Shown: positions 11,623-30,695 of the stretch, one piece after another | Position numbering within the stretch: position 1 is the first letter of the stretch | Layout of the letters: each line of letters opens with the position of its first letter | Source of the DNA: Escherichia coli | GTDB lineage: Bacteria; Pseudomonadota; Gammaproteobacteria; Enterobacterales; Enterobacteriaceae | Reading direction: 5' to 3' (one strand) | Length of the DNA stretch: 64,000 bases | NCBI RefSeq assembly: GCF_016026235.1 | Contig: NZ_CP065613.1 | Program-made: the position numbers and the translations under genes | Notes under the pieces: model-generated | What the model was told of the DNA's origin: nothing | Database searches by the model: none | Seen by the model: the letters and a program-made list of their open reading frames with translations, nothing else

Positions 11623-12944
11623 CGCACGATAATATCGATATTCTGGTGGTGGATGATGACATTAGCCACTGCACTATTTTGCAGGCTTTACTGCGCGGCT
11701 GGGGCTATAACGTCGCGCTGGCGAACAGCGGGCGACAGGCGCTGGAGCAGGTGCGGGAACAGGTTTTTGATCTTGTGCTTTGCGATGTGCGAATGGCGGA
11801 GATGGACGGCATCGCCACGCTGAAAGAGATCAAAGCGTTAAACCCGGCGATTCCGGTACTGATTATGACCGCGTACTCCAGCGTCGAGACGGCGGTAGAA
11901 GCGTTGAAAACCGGGGCGCTGGATTATCTCATCAAGCCGCTGGATTTCGATAACCTACAGGCGACGCTGGAAAAGGCGCTCGCGCATACGCACAGTATTG
12001 ATGCTGAAACACCTGCGGTGACTGCCAGCCAGTTCGGTATGGTCGGTAAAAGCCCGGCGATGCAACACCTGCTCAGTGAAATCGCCCTCGTCGCGCCATC
12101 GGAAGCCACGGTGCTGATCCACGGCGATTCCGGCACCGGTAAAGAGCTGGTCGCCAGGGCGATTCACGCCAGTAGCGCACGTAGCGAAAAACCGCTGGTA
12201 ACGCTCAACTGTGCGGCACTCAACGAATCCTTACTGGAATCTGAATTGTTCGGTCACGAAAAAGGGGCGTTTACTGGAGCCGATAAACGCCGGGAAGGGC
12301 GCTTTGTTGAGGCGGACGGCGGCACGCTGTTTCTCGATGAAATTGGCGATATCTCGCCGATGATGCAGGTGCGTCTGCTGCGTGCGATTCAGGAGCGCGA
12401 AGTTCAGCGTGTCGGTAGCAACCAGACTATCTCGGTTGATGTCCGGCTGATTGCGGCGACCCATCGCGATCTTGCCGCAGAGGTGAATGCCGGGCGTTTT
12501 CGCCAGGATCTCTACTATCGCCTGAATGTGGTGGCGATTGAAGTACCATCGCTGCGGCAACGGCGGGAAGATATCCCTCTGCTGGCTGGCCATTTTCTGC
12601 AGCGCTTTGCCGAGCGTAATCGCAAGGCGGTAAAAGGTTTTACGCCCCAGGCGATGGATCTGTTGATTCATTACGACTGGCCGGGAAATATTCGTGAGCT
12701 GGAAAACGCGGTGGAACGGGCAGTGGTGCTGCTGACCGGGGAATATATTTCCGAACGCGAGCTGCCGCTGGCGATTGCCAGTACGCCGATCCCGCTGGGG
12801 CAAAGTCAGGATATTCAGCCGCTGGTGGAAGTGGAAAAAGAGGTGATTCTGGCGGCACTGGAGAAAACGGGCGGCAACAAAACTGAAGCCGCCCGTCAGT
12901 TAGGGATCACGCGTAAAACGTTATTGGCAAAACTGTCGCGTTAG
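11619..12944 (+). CDS. zraR: sigma54-dependent response regulator ZraR (441 aa)
   Basis: Receiver domain, AAA+ sigma54-activator core ([23 protein letters not shown]), C-terminal HTH; overlaps zraS by 4 nt. Confidence 0.93.
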   Translation: MTHDNIDILVVDDDISHCTILQALLRGWGYNVALANSGRQALEQVREQVFDLVLCDVRMAEMDGIATLKEIKALNPAIPVLIMTAYSSVETAVEALKTGALDYLIKPLDFDNLQATLEKALAHTHSIDAETPAVTASQFGMVGKSPAMQHLLSEIALVAPSEATVLIHGDSGTGKELVARAIHASSARSEKPLVTLNCAALNESLLESELFGHEKGAFTGADKRREGRFVEADGGTLFLDEIGDISPMMQVRLLRAIQEREVQRVGSNQTISVDVRLIAATHRDLAAEVNAGRFRQDLYYRLNVVAIEVPSLRQRREDIPLLAGHFLQRFAERNRKAVKGFTPQAMDLLIHYDWPGNIRELENAVERAVVLLTGEYISERELPLAIASTPIPLGQSQDIQPLVEVEKEVILAALEKTGGNKTEAARQLGITRKTLLAKLSR

Positions 12945-14230
12945 TTCTGCTCGCGTTCGATAGCACGCCAGCCGATATCTTTCCGGCAGAAGCAGTCGTC
13001 CCAGTGGATATCGGTCATTAAGGCATAGGCGCGTTTCTGCGCTTCTGCCACGGTATGACCCAGCGCGGTGACGCACAGTACGCGTCCGCCGTTGGTCACT
13101 ACCTGCTCGTCATCCGCCAGTTTTGTGCCCGCGTGGAACACTTTGCCGCCTGCCACTTCTTCCAGCGGCAGGCCGTGGATCACGTCACCGGTGCGGTAAT
13201 CACTCGGATATCCACCCGCAGCCATCACCACGCCGAGAGAAGCGCGTTCATCCCACTCGGACGTTTTCTCGTCCAGTTTGCTTTCACAGGCCGCCAGGCA
13301 GAGCTCAACCAGATCGGACTTCATGCGCAGCATAATCGGCTGGGTTTCCGGATCGCCAAAGCGGCAGTTAAATTCAATAACCTTCGGATTGCCCTGTTTG
13401 TCGATCATCAGGCCCGCGTAGAGAAAACCGGTGTAGGTGTTGCCTTCCGCCGCCATGCCTTTCACGGTTGGCCAGATAATACGTTCCATGGTGCGCTGAT
13501 GAACGTCATCGGTTACTACCGGCGCGGGGGAGTAAGCGCCCATCCCGCCGGTGTTTGGTCCGGTATCTTTATCGCCTACGCGTTTGTGATCCTGGCTGGT
13601 AGCCATCGGCAGCACATGCTCGCCGTCCACCATCACGATAAAGCTCGCTTCTTCGCCATCGAGGAACTCTTCGATAACGATGCGATGACCCGCGTCGCCA
13701 AAAGCGTTGCCCGCCAGCATATCGTGAACAGCCGCTTCCGCTTCTTCCAGCGTCATCGCCACGATAACGCCTTTCCCGGCAGCCAGACCGTCCGCTTTAA
13801 TGACGATTGGCGCGCCTTTCTCACGCAGATACGCCAGCGCAGGTTCTACCTCGGTGAAGTTCTGGTATTCCGCCGTAGGGATCTTATGGCGGGCCAGGAA
13901 ATCTTTGGTAAACGCTTTTGAGCCTTCCAGTTGGGCCGCACCTGCGGTTGGGCCGAAGATTTTCAGCCCGGCGGCGCGGAAGGTATCGACCACGCCTTTC
14001 ACCAGCGGCGCTTCCGGGCCGACGATGGTCAGATCAATCTTTTCGTTTTGTGCGAAATCCAACAGCGCCGGGATATCGGTCACGCCAATAGCAACGTTTT
14101 GCAGCGCGGGTTCCAGCGCAGTGCCTGCATTACCCGGAGCAACAAAAACAGTCTCAACCAGCGGCGACTGGGCCGCTTTCCAGGCCAGCGCGTGCTCGCG
14201 CCCGCCGTTACCAATCACTAATACTTTCAT
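12941..14230 (-). CDS. purD: phosphoribosylamine-glycine ligase PurD (429 aa)
   Basis: MKVLVIGNGGREHALAWKAAQSPLVETVFVAPGNAGTA... Confidence 0.95.
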   Translation of the reverse strand: MKVLVIGNGGREHALAWKAAQSPLVETVFVAPGNAGTALEPALQNVAIGVTDIPALLDFAQNEKIDLTIVGPEAPLVKGVVDTFRAAGLKIFGPTAGAAQLEGSKAFTKDFLARHKIPTAEYQNFTEVEPALAYLREKGAPIVIKADGLAAGKGVIVAMTLEEAEAAVHDMLAGNAFGDAGHRIVIEEFLDGEEASFIVMVDGEHVLPMATSQDHKRVGDKDTGPNTGGMGAYSPAPVVTDDVHQRTMERIIWPTVKGMAAEGNTYTGFLYAGLMIDKQGNPKVIEFNCRFGDPETQPIMLRMKSDLVELCLAACESKLDEKTSEWDERASLGVVMAAGGYPSDYRTGDVIHGLPLEEVAGGKVFHAGTKLADDEQVVTNGGRVLCVTALGHTVAEAQKRAYALMTDIHWDDCFCRKDIGWRAIEREQN

Positions 14231-14241
14231 CTATTGCTCCA

Positions 14242-15831
14242 TTAATGGCGGAAGTGGCGCATGTCGGTGAAGAGCATCGCAATACCGTGCTCGTCGGCGG
14301 CGGCAATCACTTCGTCATCACGGATGGAACCGCCAGGCTGGATTACGCAGGTCACGCCCGCAGCGGCGGCGGCATCAATACCGTCGCGGAACGGGAAGAA
14401 CGCGTCAGAAGCCATCGAGGAACCTTTCACTTCCAGGCCTTCATCGGCAGCTTTAATACCGGCGATTTTCGCGGAGTACACGCGGCTCATCTGGCCCGCG
14501 CCAATACCGATGGTCATATTGTTTTTGGCATAGACGATAGCATTGGATTTCACGAACTTCGCCACTTTCCAGCAGAACAGCGCATCGCGCAGTTCCTGTT
14601 CGGTCGGCTGACGTTGGGTGACGACGCGCAGTTCTTCCGCACCGACCATCCCCAGGTCACGATCCTGAACCAGCAGACCGCCGTTCACGCGTTTGAAATC
14701 AAGACCCGGAACACGCTCGCCCCACTGACCGCAGGTCAGAACGCGTACGTTCTGCTTGGCGGCGGTGATTTTCAGGGCTTCTTCGCTGGCGGAAGGCGCA
14801 ATAATCACTTCGACAAACTGACGAGAAATGATGGCCTGTGCGGTTTCCGCATCTAGCTCGCGGTTAAAGGCAATGATGCCGCCGAATGCGGAGGTTGGGT
14901 CGGTTTTGTACGCGCGATCGTAAGCATCAAGAATGGAATTGCCGATAGCTACACCGCAAGGGTTGGCGTGCTTCACAATCACACATGCCGGCTCGGCGAA
15001 CTCTTTCACGCACTCCAGCGCCGCATCAGTATCGGCGATGTTGTTATAAGAGAGGGCTTTACCCTGAACCTGGGTTGCGGTAGCAACGGAGGCTTCTTTC
15101 ACATTCTCTTCTATATAGAAGGCAGCCTGCTGGTGGCTGTTCTCGCCGTAACGCATATCCTGCTTCTTAATGAAGTTCAGGTTCAGCGTGCGTGGGAAGC
15201 GACCGGCGGCTTCTTTGCTTTCACCGTGGTAAGCCGGAACCATGCTGCCGAAGTAGTTGGCAATCATGCTGTCGTAGGCGGCAGTGTGTTCGAAGGCTTT
15301 GATGGCGAGGTCGAAACGGGTTGCAAGCGTCAGCGATCCTTCGTTGGCATCCATCTCTTTAATAATGGCGTCGTAGTCGCTACTCTTCACCACGATTGCG
15401 ACATCTTTATGGTTCTTGGCGGCGGAGCGCACCATCGTTGGGCCGCCGATATCGATGTTCTCAACCGCATCTTCCAGCGAGCAACCTTCACGGGCCACAG
15501 TCTGGGCGAACGGATACAGGTTAACAACCACCATATCGATAGGCTGGATCTGATGTTCTTCCATAATGGCATCGTCCTGGCCGCGACGGCCCAGAATGCC
15601 ACCATGTACTTTCGGATGCAGGGTCTTCACGCGTCCATCCATCATCTCCGGGAAACCGGTGTAATCGGAAACTTCGGTTACCGGCAGACCTTTTTCTGCT
15701 AACAGACGGGCAGTGCCCCCTGTAGACAGCAGCTCCACACCGCGTGCGGAAAGTGCCTGGGCGAATTCGACGATACCGGCTTTGTCAGAAACACTGAGCA
15801 GAGCGCGGCGGACTGGACGACGTTGTTGCAT
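14242..15831 (-). CDS. purH: bifunctional AICAR transformylase / IMP cyclohydrolase PurH (529 aa)
   Basis: [44 protein letters not shown]... Confidence 0.95.
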   Translation of the reverse strand: MQQRRPVRRALLSVSDKAGIVEFAQALSARGVELLSTGGTARLLAEKGLPVTEVSDYTGFPEMMDGRVKTLHPKVHGGILGRRGQDDAIMEEHQIQPIDMVVVNLYPFAQTVAREGCSLEDAVENIDIGGPTMVRSAAKNHKDVAIVVKSSDYDAIIKEMDANEGSLTLATRFDLAIKAFEHTAAYDSMIANYFGSMVPAYHGESKEAAGRFPRTLNLNFIKKQDMRYGENSHQQAAFYIEENVKEASVATATQVQGKALSYNNIADTDAALECVKEFAEPACVIVKHANPCGVAIGNSILDAYDRAYKTDPTSAFGGIIAFNRELDAETAQAIISRQFVEVIIAPSASEEALKITAAKQNVRVLTCGQWGERVPGLDFKRVNGGLLVQDRDLGMVGAEELRVVTQRQPTEQELRDALFCWKVAKFVKSNAIVYAKNNMTIGIGAGQMSRVYSAKIAGIKAADEGLEVKGSSMASDAFFPFRDGIDAAAAAGVTCVIQPGGSIRDDEVIAAADEHGIAMLFTDMRHFRH

Positions 15832-15938
15832 GGTAAATCCCCTGGATTTGACTATTACAGAGAGCGTTAGCTGAATTTTTCGCGAAAAACTCAGCTAACG
15901 CCCCTAACGGGGCATCTTTATTTTTCGCCCGCATTGTA

Positions 15939-15954
15939 ACGAAAACGTTTGCGC
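15939..15954. promoter_or_regulatory. PurR operator (pur box) of the purHD promoter
   Basis: ACGAAAACGTTTGCGC, a close match to the pur-box palindrome, ~110 nt upstream of purH. Confidence 0.7.
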
Positions 15955-16125
15955 AACGCTCGCGAATTTTTCTCTTTCAATGGTGATCACAATTTTGACA
16001 GTGGTTACCGTGGGAAAAATACAGAAATTACATTGATGATTGTGGATAACTCTGTGCGTAAAAAGGTATAAAGCGGGGTTTTGCTGGGGAATGCAGCAGT
16101 CAGTCATTTTTCTGCAATTTTTCTA

Positions 16126-16263
16126 TTGCGGCCTGCGGAGAACTCCCTATAATGCGCCTCCATCGACACGGCGGATGTGAATCACTTCACACAAACAGCC
16201 GGTTCGGTTGAAGAGAAAAATTCTGAAATTCAGGGTTGACTCTGAAAGAGGAAAGCGTAATAT
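16126..16263 (+). promoter_or_regulatory. rRNA operon tandem promoters P1 and P2 with A/T-rich upstream region
   Basis: P1 -35 TTGCGG (16126) / -10 TATAAT (16148) + GCGCC discriminator; P2 -35 TTGACT (16236) / -10 TAATAT (16258). Confidence 0.8.
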
Positions 16264-16303
16264 ACGCCACCTCGCGACAGTGAGCTGAAAGCCGCGTCGC
16301 AAC

Positions 16304-16315
16304 TGCTCTTTAACA
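16304..16315 (+). promoter_or_regulatory. rrn leader boxA antitermination element
   Basis: TGCTCTTTAACA in the leader upstream of 16S. Confidence 0.8.
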
Positions 16316-16447
16316 ATTTATCAGACAATCTGTGTGGGCACTCGAAGATACGGATTCTTAACGTCGCAAGACGAAAAATGAATACCAAGTCTCAAGAGTG
16401 AACACGTAATTCATTACGAAGTTTAATTCTTTGAGCATCAAACTTTT

Positions 16448-17989
<1,542 letters not shown>

Positions 17990-18074
17990 CCTTAAAGAAG
18001 CGTACTTTGCAGTGCTCACACAGATTGTCTGATAGAAAGTGAAAAGCAAGGCGTCTTGCGAAGCAGACTGATAC

Positions 18075-18150
18075 GTCCCCTTCGTCTAGAGGCCCAGGAC
18101 ACCGCCCTTTCACGGCGGTAACAGGGGTTCGAATCCCCTAGGGGACGCCA
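18075..18150 (+). tRNA. gltV: tRNA-Glu (UUC) in the 16S-23S spacer
   Basis: GTCCCCTTCGTCTAGAGGCCCAGGACACCGCCCTTTCACGGCGGTAACAGGGGTTCGAATCCCCTAGGGGACGCCA. Confidence 0.95.
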
Positions 18151-18343
18151 CTTGCTGGTTTGTGAGTGAAAGTCACCTGCCTTGATATCTCAAAACTCAT
18201 CTTCGGGTGATGTTTGAGATATTTGCTCTTTAAAAATCTGGATCAAGCTGAAAATTGAAACACTGAACAACGAGAGTTGTTCGTGAGTCTCTCAAATTTT
18301 CGCAACACGATGATGAATCGCAAGAAACATCTTCGGGTTGTGA

Positions 18344-21243
<2,900 letters not shown>

Positions 21244-21335
21244 ACAACGCCGAAGATGTTTTGGCGGATGAGAGAAGATTTTCAGCCTGATACAGATTAA
21301 ATCAGAACGCAGAAGCGGTCTGATAAAACAGAATT

Positions 21336-21455
21336 TGCCTGGCGGCCTTAGCGCGGTGGTCCCACCTGACCCCATGCCGAACTCAGAAGTGAAACGCCGT
21401 AGCGCCGATGGTAGTGTGGGGTCTCCCCATGCGAGAGTAGGGAACTGCCAGGCAT
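21336..21455 (+). rRNA. rrfE: 5S ribosomal RNA
   Basis: TGCCTGGCGGCCTTAGCGCGGTGGTCCCACCTGACCCCATGCC...GGGAACTGCCAGGCAT, 120 nt. Confidence 0.97.
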
Positions 21456-21467
21456 CAAATTAAGCAG

Positions 21468-21495
21468 AAGGCCATCCTGACGGATGGCCTTTTTG
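21468..21495 (+). terminator. rrn operon T1 rho-independent terminator
   Basis: Hairpin AAGGCCATCCtgaCGGATGGCCTT followed by TTTT. Confidence 0.85.
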
Positions 21496-21514
21496 CATTG
21501 GCGCAGAAAAAAAT

Positions 21515-21556
21515 GCCGGATGCGACGCTGGCGCGTCTTATCCAGCTTACGCAGGC
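21515..21556. repeat. REP (palindromic unit) element
   Basis: GCCGGATGCGACGCTGGCGCGTCTTATCCAGC REP-like palindrome between the rrn terminator and the yjaB stop. Confidence 0.7.
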
Positions 21557-21571
21557 ACGATAGGGGGCAGC

Positions 21572-22015
21572 TTATTCCCCCACATACGCCAGATTCAGCA
21601 ACGGATACGGTTTCCCCAAATCGTCCACCTCAGAGCGTCCCGTAACCTTAAAACCCACCTTCTTATAGAACCCAACCGCCTGCTCATTTTGCTCATTAAC
21701 GTTGGTTGTCAGTTCCGGGGCCATTGAGAGCGCATGCTTCACCAGCATCCGGCCCACGCCGCAGCCGCGCACATCAGGATCGATAAACAGCGCATCCATA
21801 TGCTGCCCACTTAACAACATAAACCCAACCGGCTGTTCCCGCTCATTGACCGCGACCCACAACGGTGCTTCCGGCAGAAAGGAACGAACCAGCTCCTCCA
21901 GCTCGGCCCGATACTCTGCTGATAAAAAATCGTGGGTGGCATCGACAGATCGACACCAAATCGCAACGAGTTCCTCCCCTTCCTCATGCCGTGAGCGGCG
22001 AATACTAATAACCAT
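21572..22015 (-). CDS. yjaB: GNAT-family N-acetyltransferase YjaB (147 aa)
   Basis: MVISIRRSRHEEGEELVAIWCRSVDATHDFLSAEYRAELEELV... Confidence 0.9.
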   Translation of the reverse strand: MVISIRRSRHEEGEELVAIWCRSVDATHDFLSAEYRAELEELVRSFLPEAPLWVAVNEREQPVGFMLLSGQHMDALFIDPDVRGCGVGRMLVKHALSMAPELTTNVNEQNEQAVGFYKKVGFKVTGRSEVDDLGKPYPLLNLAYVGE

Positions 22016-22120
22016 TTTCTCTCCTTTTAGTCATTCTTATATTCTAACGTAGTCTTTTCCTTGAAACTTTCTCACCTTCAACATGCAGGCTCGACATTGG
22101 CAAATTTTCTGGTTATCTTC

Positions 22121-22156
22121 AGCTATCTGGATGTCTAAACGTATAAGCGTATGTAG
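22121..22156 (+). promoter_or_regulatory. metA promoter region with tandem MetJ met-box-like octamers
   Basis: AGCTATCTGGATGTCTAAACGTATAAGCGTATGTAG contains repeated AGACGTCT-like octamers upstream of metA. Confidence 0.5.
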
Positions 22157-22171
22157 TGAGGTAATCAGGTT

Positions 22172-23101
22172 ATGCCGATTCGTGTGCCGGACGAGCTACC
22201 CGCCGTCAATTTCTTGCGTGAAGAAAACGTCTTTGTGATGACAACTTCTCGTGCGTCTGGTCAGGAAATTCGTCCACTTAAGGTTCTGATCCTTAACCTG
22301 ATGCCGAAGAAGATTGAAACTGAAAATCAGTTTCTGCGCCTGCTTTCAAACTCACCTTTGCAGGTCGATATTCAGCTGTTGCGCATCGATTCCCGTGAAT
22401 CGCGCAACACGCCCGCAGAGCATCTGAACAACTTCTACTGTAACTTTGAAGATATTCAGGAACAGAACTTTGACGGTCTGATTGTAACCGGTGCGCCGCT
22501 GGGCCTGGTGGAGTTTAATGATGTCGCTTACTGGCCGCAGATCAAACAGGTGCTGGAGTGGTCGAAAGATCACGTCACCTCGACGCTGTTTGTCTGCTGG
22601 GCGGTACAGGCAGCGCTCAATATCCTCTACGGCATTCCTAAGCAAACTCGCACCGACAAACTCTCTGGCGTTTACGAGCATCATATTCTCCATCCTCATG
22701 CGCTTCTGACGCGTGGCTTTGATGATTCATTCCTGGCACCGCATTCGCGCTATGCTGACTTTCCGGCAGCGTTGATTCGTGATTACACCGATCTGGAAAT
22801 TCTGGCAGAGACGGAAGAAGGGGATGCATATCTGTTTGCCAGTAAAGATAAGCGCATTGCCTTTGTGACGGGCCATCCCGAATATGATGCGCAAACGCTG
22901 GCGCAGGAATATTTCCGCGATGTGGAAGCCGGACTAGACCCGGAAGTACCGTATAACTATTTCCCGCACAATGATCCGCAAAACAAACCGCGAGCGAGCT
23001 GGCGTAGTCACGGTAATTTGCTGTTTACCAACTGGCTCAACTATTACGTCTACCAGATCACGCCATACGATCTACGGCACATGAATCCAACGCTGGATTA
23101 A
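22172..23101 (+). CDS. metA: homoserine O-succinyltransferase MetA (309 aa)
   Basis: [45 protein letters not shown]... Confidence 0.95.
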   Translation: MPIRVPDELPAVNFLREENVFVMTTSRASGQEIRPLKVLILNLMPKKIETENQFLRLLSNSPLQVDIQLLRIDSRESRNTPAEHLNNFYCNFEDIQEQNFDGLIVTGAPLGLVEFNDVAYWPQIKQVLEWSKDHVTSTLFVCWAVQAALNILYGIPKQTRTDKLSGVYEHHILHPHALLTRGFDDSFLAPHSRYADFPAALIRDYTDLEILAETEEGDAYLFASKDKRIAFVTGHPEYDAQTLAQEYFRDVEAGLDPEVPYNYFPHNDPQNKPRASWRSHGNLLFTNWLNYYVYQITPYDLRHMNPTLD

Positions 23102-23145
23102 TCTTCTGTGATAGTCGATCGTTAAGCGATTCAGCACCTTACCTC

Positions 23146-23170
23146 AGGCACCTTCGGGTGCCTTTTTTAT
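23146..23170 (+). terminator. rho-independent terminator after metA
   Basis: Hairpin AGGCACCttcgGGTGCCT followed by TTTTTT. Confidence 0.75.
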
Positions 23171-23246
23171 TTCCGAAACACACCTCAGTAGGTGAATAAA
23201 TTTTATTCATATTATTATCAATAAGTTATCAAGTATTTTTAATTAA

Positions 23247-23269
23247 AATGGAAATTGTTTTTGATTTTG
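23247..23269. promoter_or_regulatory. IclR operator in the aceBAK promoter
   Basis: AATGGAAATTGTTTTTGATTTTG (TGGAAA-containing IclR-box-like site) in the A/T-rich region upstream of aceB. Confidence 0.6.
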
Positions 23270-23369
23270 ATTTTTAAATGAGTAGTCTTAGTTGTGCTGA
23301 ACGAAAAGCGCACAACGATCCTTCGTTCACAGTGGGGAAGTTTTCGGATCCATGACGAGGAGCTGCACG

Positions 23370-24971
23370 ATGACTGAACAGGCAACAACAACCGATGAAC
23401 TGGCTTTCATAAGGCCGTATGGCGAGCAGGAGAAGCAAATTCTTACTGCCGAAGCGGTAGAATTTCTGACTGAGCTGGTGACGCATTTTACGCCACAACG
23501 CAATAAACTTCTGGCAGCGCGCATTCAGCAGCAGCAAGATATTGATAACGGAACGTTGCCTGATTTTATTTCGGAAACAGCTTCCATTCGTGATGCTGAC
23601 TGGAAAATTCGCGGGATTCCTGCGGACTTAGAAGATCGCCGCGTAGAGATTACCGGACCCGTAGAGCGCAAGATGGTGATCAACGCGCTCAACGCCAATG
23701 TGAAAGTCTTTATGGCCGATTTCGAAGATTCACTGGCACCAGACTGGAACAAAGTGATCGACGGGCAAATTAACCTGCGTGATGCGGTTAACGGCACCAT
23801 CAGTTACACCAATGAAGCAGGCAAAATTTACCAGCTCAAGCCCAATCCAGCGGTTTTGATTTGTCGGGTACGCGGTCTGCACTTGCCGGAAAAACATGTC
23901 ACCTGGCGTGGTGAGGCAATCCCCGGCAGCCTGTTTGATTTTGCGCTCTATTTCTTCCACAACTATCAGGCACTGTTGGCAAAGGGCAGTGGTCCCTATT
24001 TCTATCTGCCGAAAACCCAGTCCTGGCAGGAAGCGGCCTGGTGGAGCGAAGTCTTCAGCTATGCAGAAGATCGCTTTAATCTGCCGCGCGGCACCATCAA
24101 GGCGACGTTGCTGATTGAAACGCTGCCCGCCGTGTTCCAGATGGATGAAATCCTTCACGCGCTGCGTGACCATATTGTTGGTCTGAACTGCGGTCGTTGG
24201 GATTACATCTTCAGCTATATCAAAACGTTGAAAAACTATCCCGATCGCGTCCTGCCAGACAGACAGGCAGTGACGATGGATAAACCATTCCTGAATGCTT
24301 ACTCACGCCTGTTGATTAAAACCTGCCATAAACGCGGTGCTTTTGCGATGGGCGGCATGGCGGCGTTTATTCCGAGCAAAGATGAAGAGCACAATAACCA
24401 GGTGCTCAACAAAGTAAAAGCGGATAAATCGCTGGAAGCCAATAACGGTCACGATGGCACATGGATCGCTCACCCAGGCCTTGCGGATACGGCAATGGCG
24501 GTATTCAACGACATTCTCGGCTCCCGTAAAAATCAGCTTGAAGTGATGCGCGAACAAGACGCGCCGATTACTGCCGATCAGCTACTGGCACCTTGTGACG
24601 GTGAACGCACCGAAGAAGGTATGCGCGCAAATATTCGCGTAGCCGTGCAGTACATCGAAGCGTGGATCTCTGGCAACGGCTGTGTGCCGATTTATGGCCT
24701 GATGGAAGATGCGGCGACGGCTGAAATTTCCCGTACCTCAATCTGGCAGTGGATCCATCATCAAAAAATGTTGAGCAATGGCAAACCGGTAACTAAAGCC
24801 TTGTTCCGCCAGATGCTGGGCGAAGAGATGAAAGTCATTGCCAGCGAACTGGGCGAAGAACGTTTCTCCCAGGGGCGTTTTGACGATGCCGCACGCTTGA
24901 TGGAACAGATCACCACTTCCGATGAGTTAATTGATTTCCTGACCCTGCCAGGCTACCGCCTGTTAGCGTAA
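23370..24971 (+). CDS. aceB: malate synthase A (533 aa)
   Basis: [40 protein letters not shown]...; track start 23352 is an upstream in-frame ATG. Confidence 0.95.
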   Translation: MTEQATTTDELAFIRPYGEQEKQILTAEAVEFLTELVTHFTPQRNKLLAARIQQQQDIDNGTLPDFISETASIRDADWKIRGIPADLEDRRVEITGPVERKMVINALNANVKVFMADFEDSLAPDWNKVIDGQINLRDAVNGTISYTNEAGKIYQLKPNPAVLICRVRGLHLPEKHVTWRGEAIPGSLFDFALYFFHNYQALLAKGSGPYFYLPKTQSWQEAAWWSEVFSYAEDRFNLPRGTIKATLLIETLPAVFQMDEILHALRDHIVGLNCGRWDYIFSYIKTLKNYPDRVLPDRQAVTMDKPFLNAYSRLLIKTCHKRGAFAMGGMAAFIPSKDEEHNNQVLNKVKADKSLEANNGHDGTWIAHPGLADTAMAVFNDILGSRKNQLEVMREQDAPITADQLLAPCDGERTEEGMRANIRVAVQYIEAWISGNGCVPIYGLMEDAATAEISRTSIWQWIHHQKMLSNGKPVTKALFRQMLGEEMKVIASELGEERFSQGRFDDAARLMEQITTSDELIDFLTLPGYRLLA

Positions 24972-25000
24972 ACCACCACATAACTATGGAGCATCTGCAC

Positions 25001-26305
25001 ATGAAAACCCGTACACAACAAATTGAAGAATTACAGAAAGAGTGGACTCAACCGCGTTGGGAAGGCATTACTCGCCCATACAGCGCGGAAGATGTGGTGA
25101 AATTACGCGGTTCAGTCAATCCTGAATGCACCCTGGCGCAACTGGGCGCGGCGAAAATGTGGCGTCTGCTGCATGGCGAGTCGAAAAAAGGCTACATCAA
25201 CAGCCTCGGTGCACTGACTGGCGGTCAGGCGCTGCAACAGGCGAAAGCGGGTATTGAAGCAGTCTATCTGTCGGGATGGCAGGTAGCGGCGGACGCTAAC
25301 CTGGCGGCCAGCATGTATCCGGATCAGTCGCTCTATCCGGCAAACTCGGTGCCAGCTGTGGTGGAGCGGATCAACAATACTTTCCGCCGTGCGGATCAGA
25401 TCCAATGGTCCGCGGGCATTGAGCCGGGCGATCCGCGCTATGTCGATTACTTCCTGCCGATCGTTGCCGATGCGGAAGCCGGTTTTGGCGGTGTCCTGAA
25501 TGCCTTTGAACTGATGAAAGCGATGATTGAAGCCGGTGCAGCGGCAGTTCACTTCGAAGATCAGCTGGCGTCAGTGAAGAAATGCGGTCACATGGGCGGC
25601 AAAGTTTTGGTGCCAACTCAAGAAGCTATTCAGAAACTGGTCGCGGCGCGTCTGGCAGCTGACGTGACGGGCGTTCCAACCCTACTGGTTGCTCGTACCG
25701 ATGCCGATGCAGCGGATCTGATCACCTCCGATTGCGACCCGTATGACAGCGAATTTATTACCGGCGAGCGTACCAGTGAAGGCTTCTTCCGTACTCATGC
25801 GGGCATTGGGCAAGCGATCAGCCGTGGCCTGGCGTATGCGCCATATGCTGACCTGGTCTGGTGTGAAACCTCCACGCCGGATCTGGAACTGGCGCGTCGC
25901 TTTGCACAAGCTATCCACGCGAAATATCCGGGCAAACTGCTGGCTTATAACTGCTCGCCGTCGTTCAACTGGCAGAAAAACCTCGACGACAAAACTATTG
26001 CCAGCTTCCAGCAGCAGCTGTCGGATATGGGCTACAAGTTCCAGTTCATCACCCTGGCAGGTATCCACAGCATGTGGTTCAACATGTTTGACCTGGCAAA
26101 CGCCTATGCCCAGGGCGAGGGTATGAAGCACTACGTTGAGAAAGTGCAGCAGCCGGAATTTGCCGCCGCGAAAGATGGCTATACCTTCGTATCTCACCAG
26201 CAGGAAGTGGGTACAGGTTACTTCGATAAAGTGACGACTATTATTCAGGGCGGCACGTCTTCAGTCACCGCGCTGACCGGCTCCACTGAAGAATCGCAGT
26301 TCTAA
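25001..26305 (+). CDS. aceA: isocitrate lyase (434 aa)
   Basis: [38 protein letters not shown]...; active-site KKCGH present. Confidence 0.95.
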   Translation: MKTRTQQIEELQKEWTQPRWEGITRPYSAEDVVKLRGSVNPECTLAQLGAAKMWRLLHGESKKGYINSLGALTGGQALQQAKAGIEAVYLSGWQVAADANLAASMYPDQSLYPANSVPAVVERINNTFRRADQIQWSAGIEPGDPRYVDYFLPIVADAEAGFGGVLNAFELMKAMIEAGAAAVHFEDQLASVKKCGHMGGKVLVPTQEAIQKLVAARLAADVTGVPTLLVARTDADAADLITSDCDPYDSEFITGERTSEGFFRTHAGIGQAISRGLAYAPYADLVWCETSTPDLELARRFAQAIHAKYPGKLLAYNCSPSFNWQKNLDDKTIASFQQQLSDMGYKFQFITLAGIHSMWFNMFDLANAYAQGEGMKHYVEKVQQPEFAAAKDGYTFVSHQQEVGTGYFDKVTTIIQGGTSSVTALTGSTEESQF

Positions 26306-26326
26306 GCAACCTACAAACGTTGCTGA

Positions 26327-26462
26327 CTGTAGGCCGGATAAGGCATTTACGCCGCATCCGGCAATCGGTGCACGATGCCTGATGCGACGCTTGCGCGTCT
26401 TATCATGCCTACAACCGTTGCCGAACGTAGGCTGGATAAGGCGTTTACGCCGCATCCGGCAA
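26327..26462. repeat. BIME: cluster of three REP palindromic units between aceA and aceK
   Basis: Three copies of GCCGGATAAGGCRTTYACGCCGCATCCGGC-type palindromes in alternating orientation. Confidence 0.85.
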
Positions 26463-26488
26463 TTCTCTGCTCCTGATGAGGGCGCTAA

Positions 26489-30379
<3,891 letters not shown>

Positions 30380-30695
30380 TTAAATATCTCATTGTTTATT
30401 GATGTCTTAAATTTTAACTATCAGAACAGTGAAAAAATTTAATATGATTACAACTAAAGAAATATCATAAATCGCTCAATCTCATAATGCAGCCGTAAAA
30501 GTTTCGGTGGAATGAGATCTTGCGATTTTGTTAATAATTAAGTGGTTTGATGTTTAAAAATAATGCTGAGTTAATAAAAGTGTGTGAAGTGTATGACATT
30601 AAGTTATTTTGGCGTCAATGCGATTAACAGACACCCTTATTCTATTGCCACTCAGGTATGATGGGCAGAATATTGCCTCTGCCCGCCAGAAAAAG

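Noticed and set aside
13055-13921. 288-aa plus-strand ORF inside purD
   Set aside because: Entirely antisense to the well-supported purD CDS; composition is GC-skew artefact (Arg/His/Phe-rich); no RBS.
26327-26462. Clustered palindromic repeats, considered as possible CRISPR arrays
   Set aside because: Units are REP palindromes in alternating orientation with irregular spacing, no repeat-spacer periodicity and no cas genes.
30380-30695. Small ORFs (25 aa or less) in the A/T-rich arpA-iclR spacer, e.g. MFKNNAELIKVCEVYDIKLFWRQCD
   Set aside because: No convincing Shine-Dalgarno and no recognisable protein features; more likely promoter DNA.
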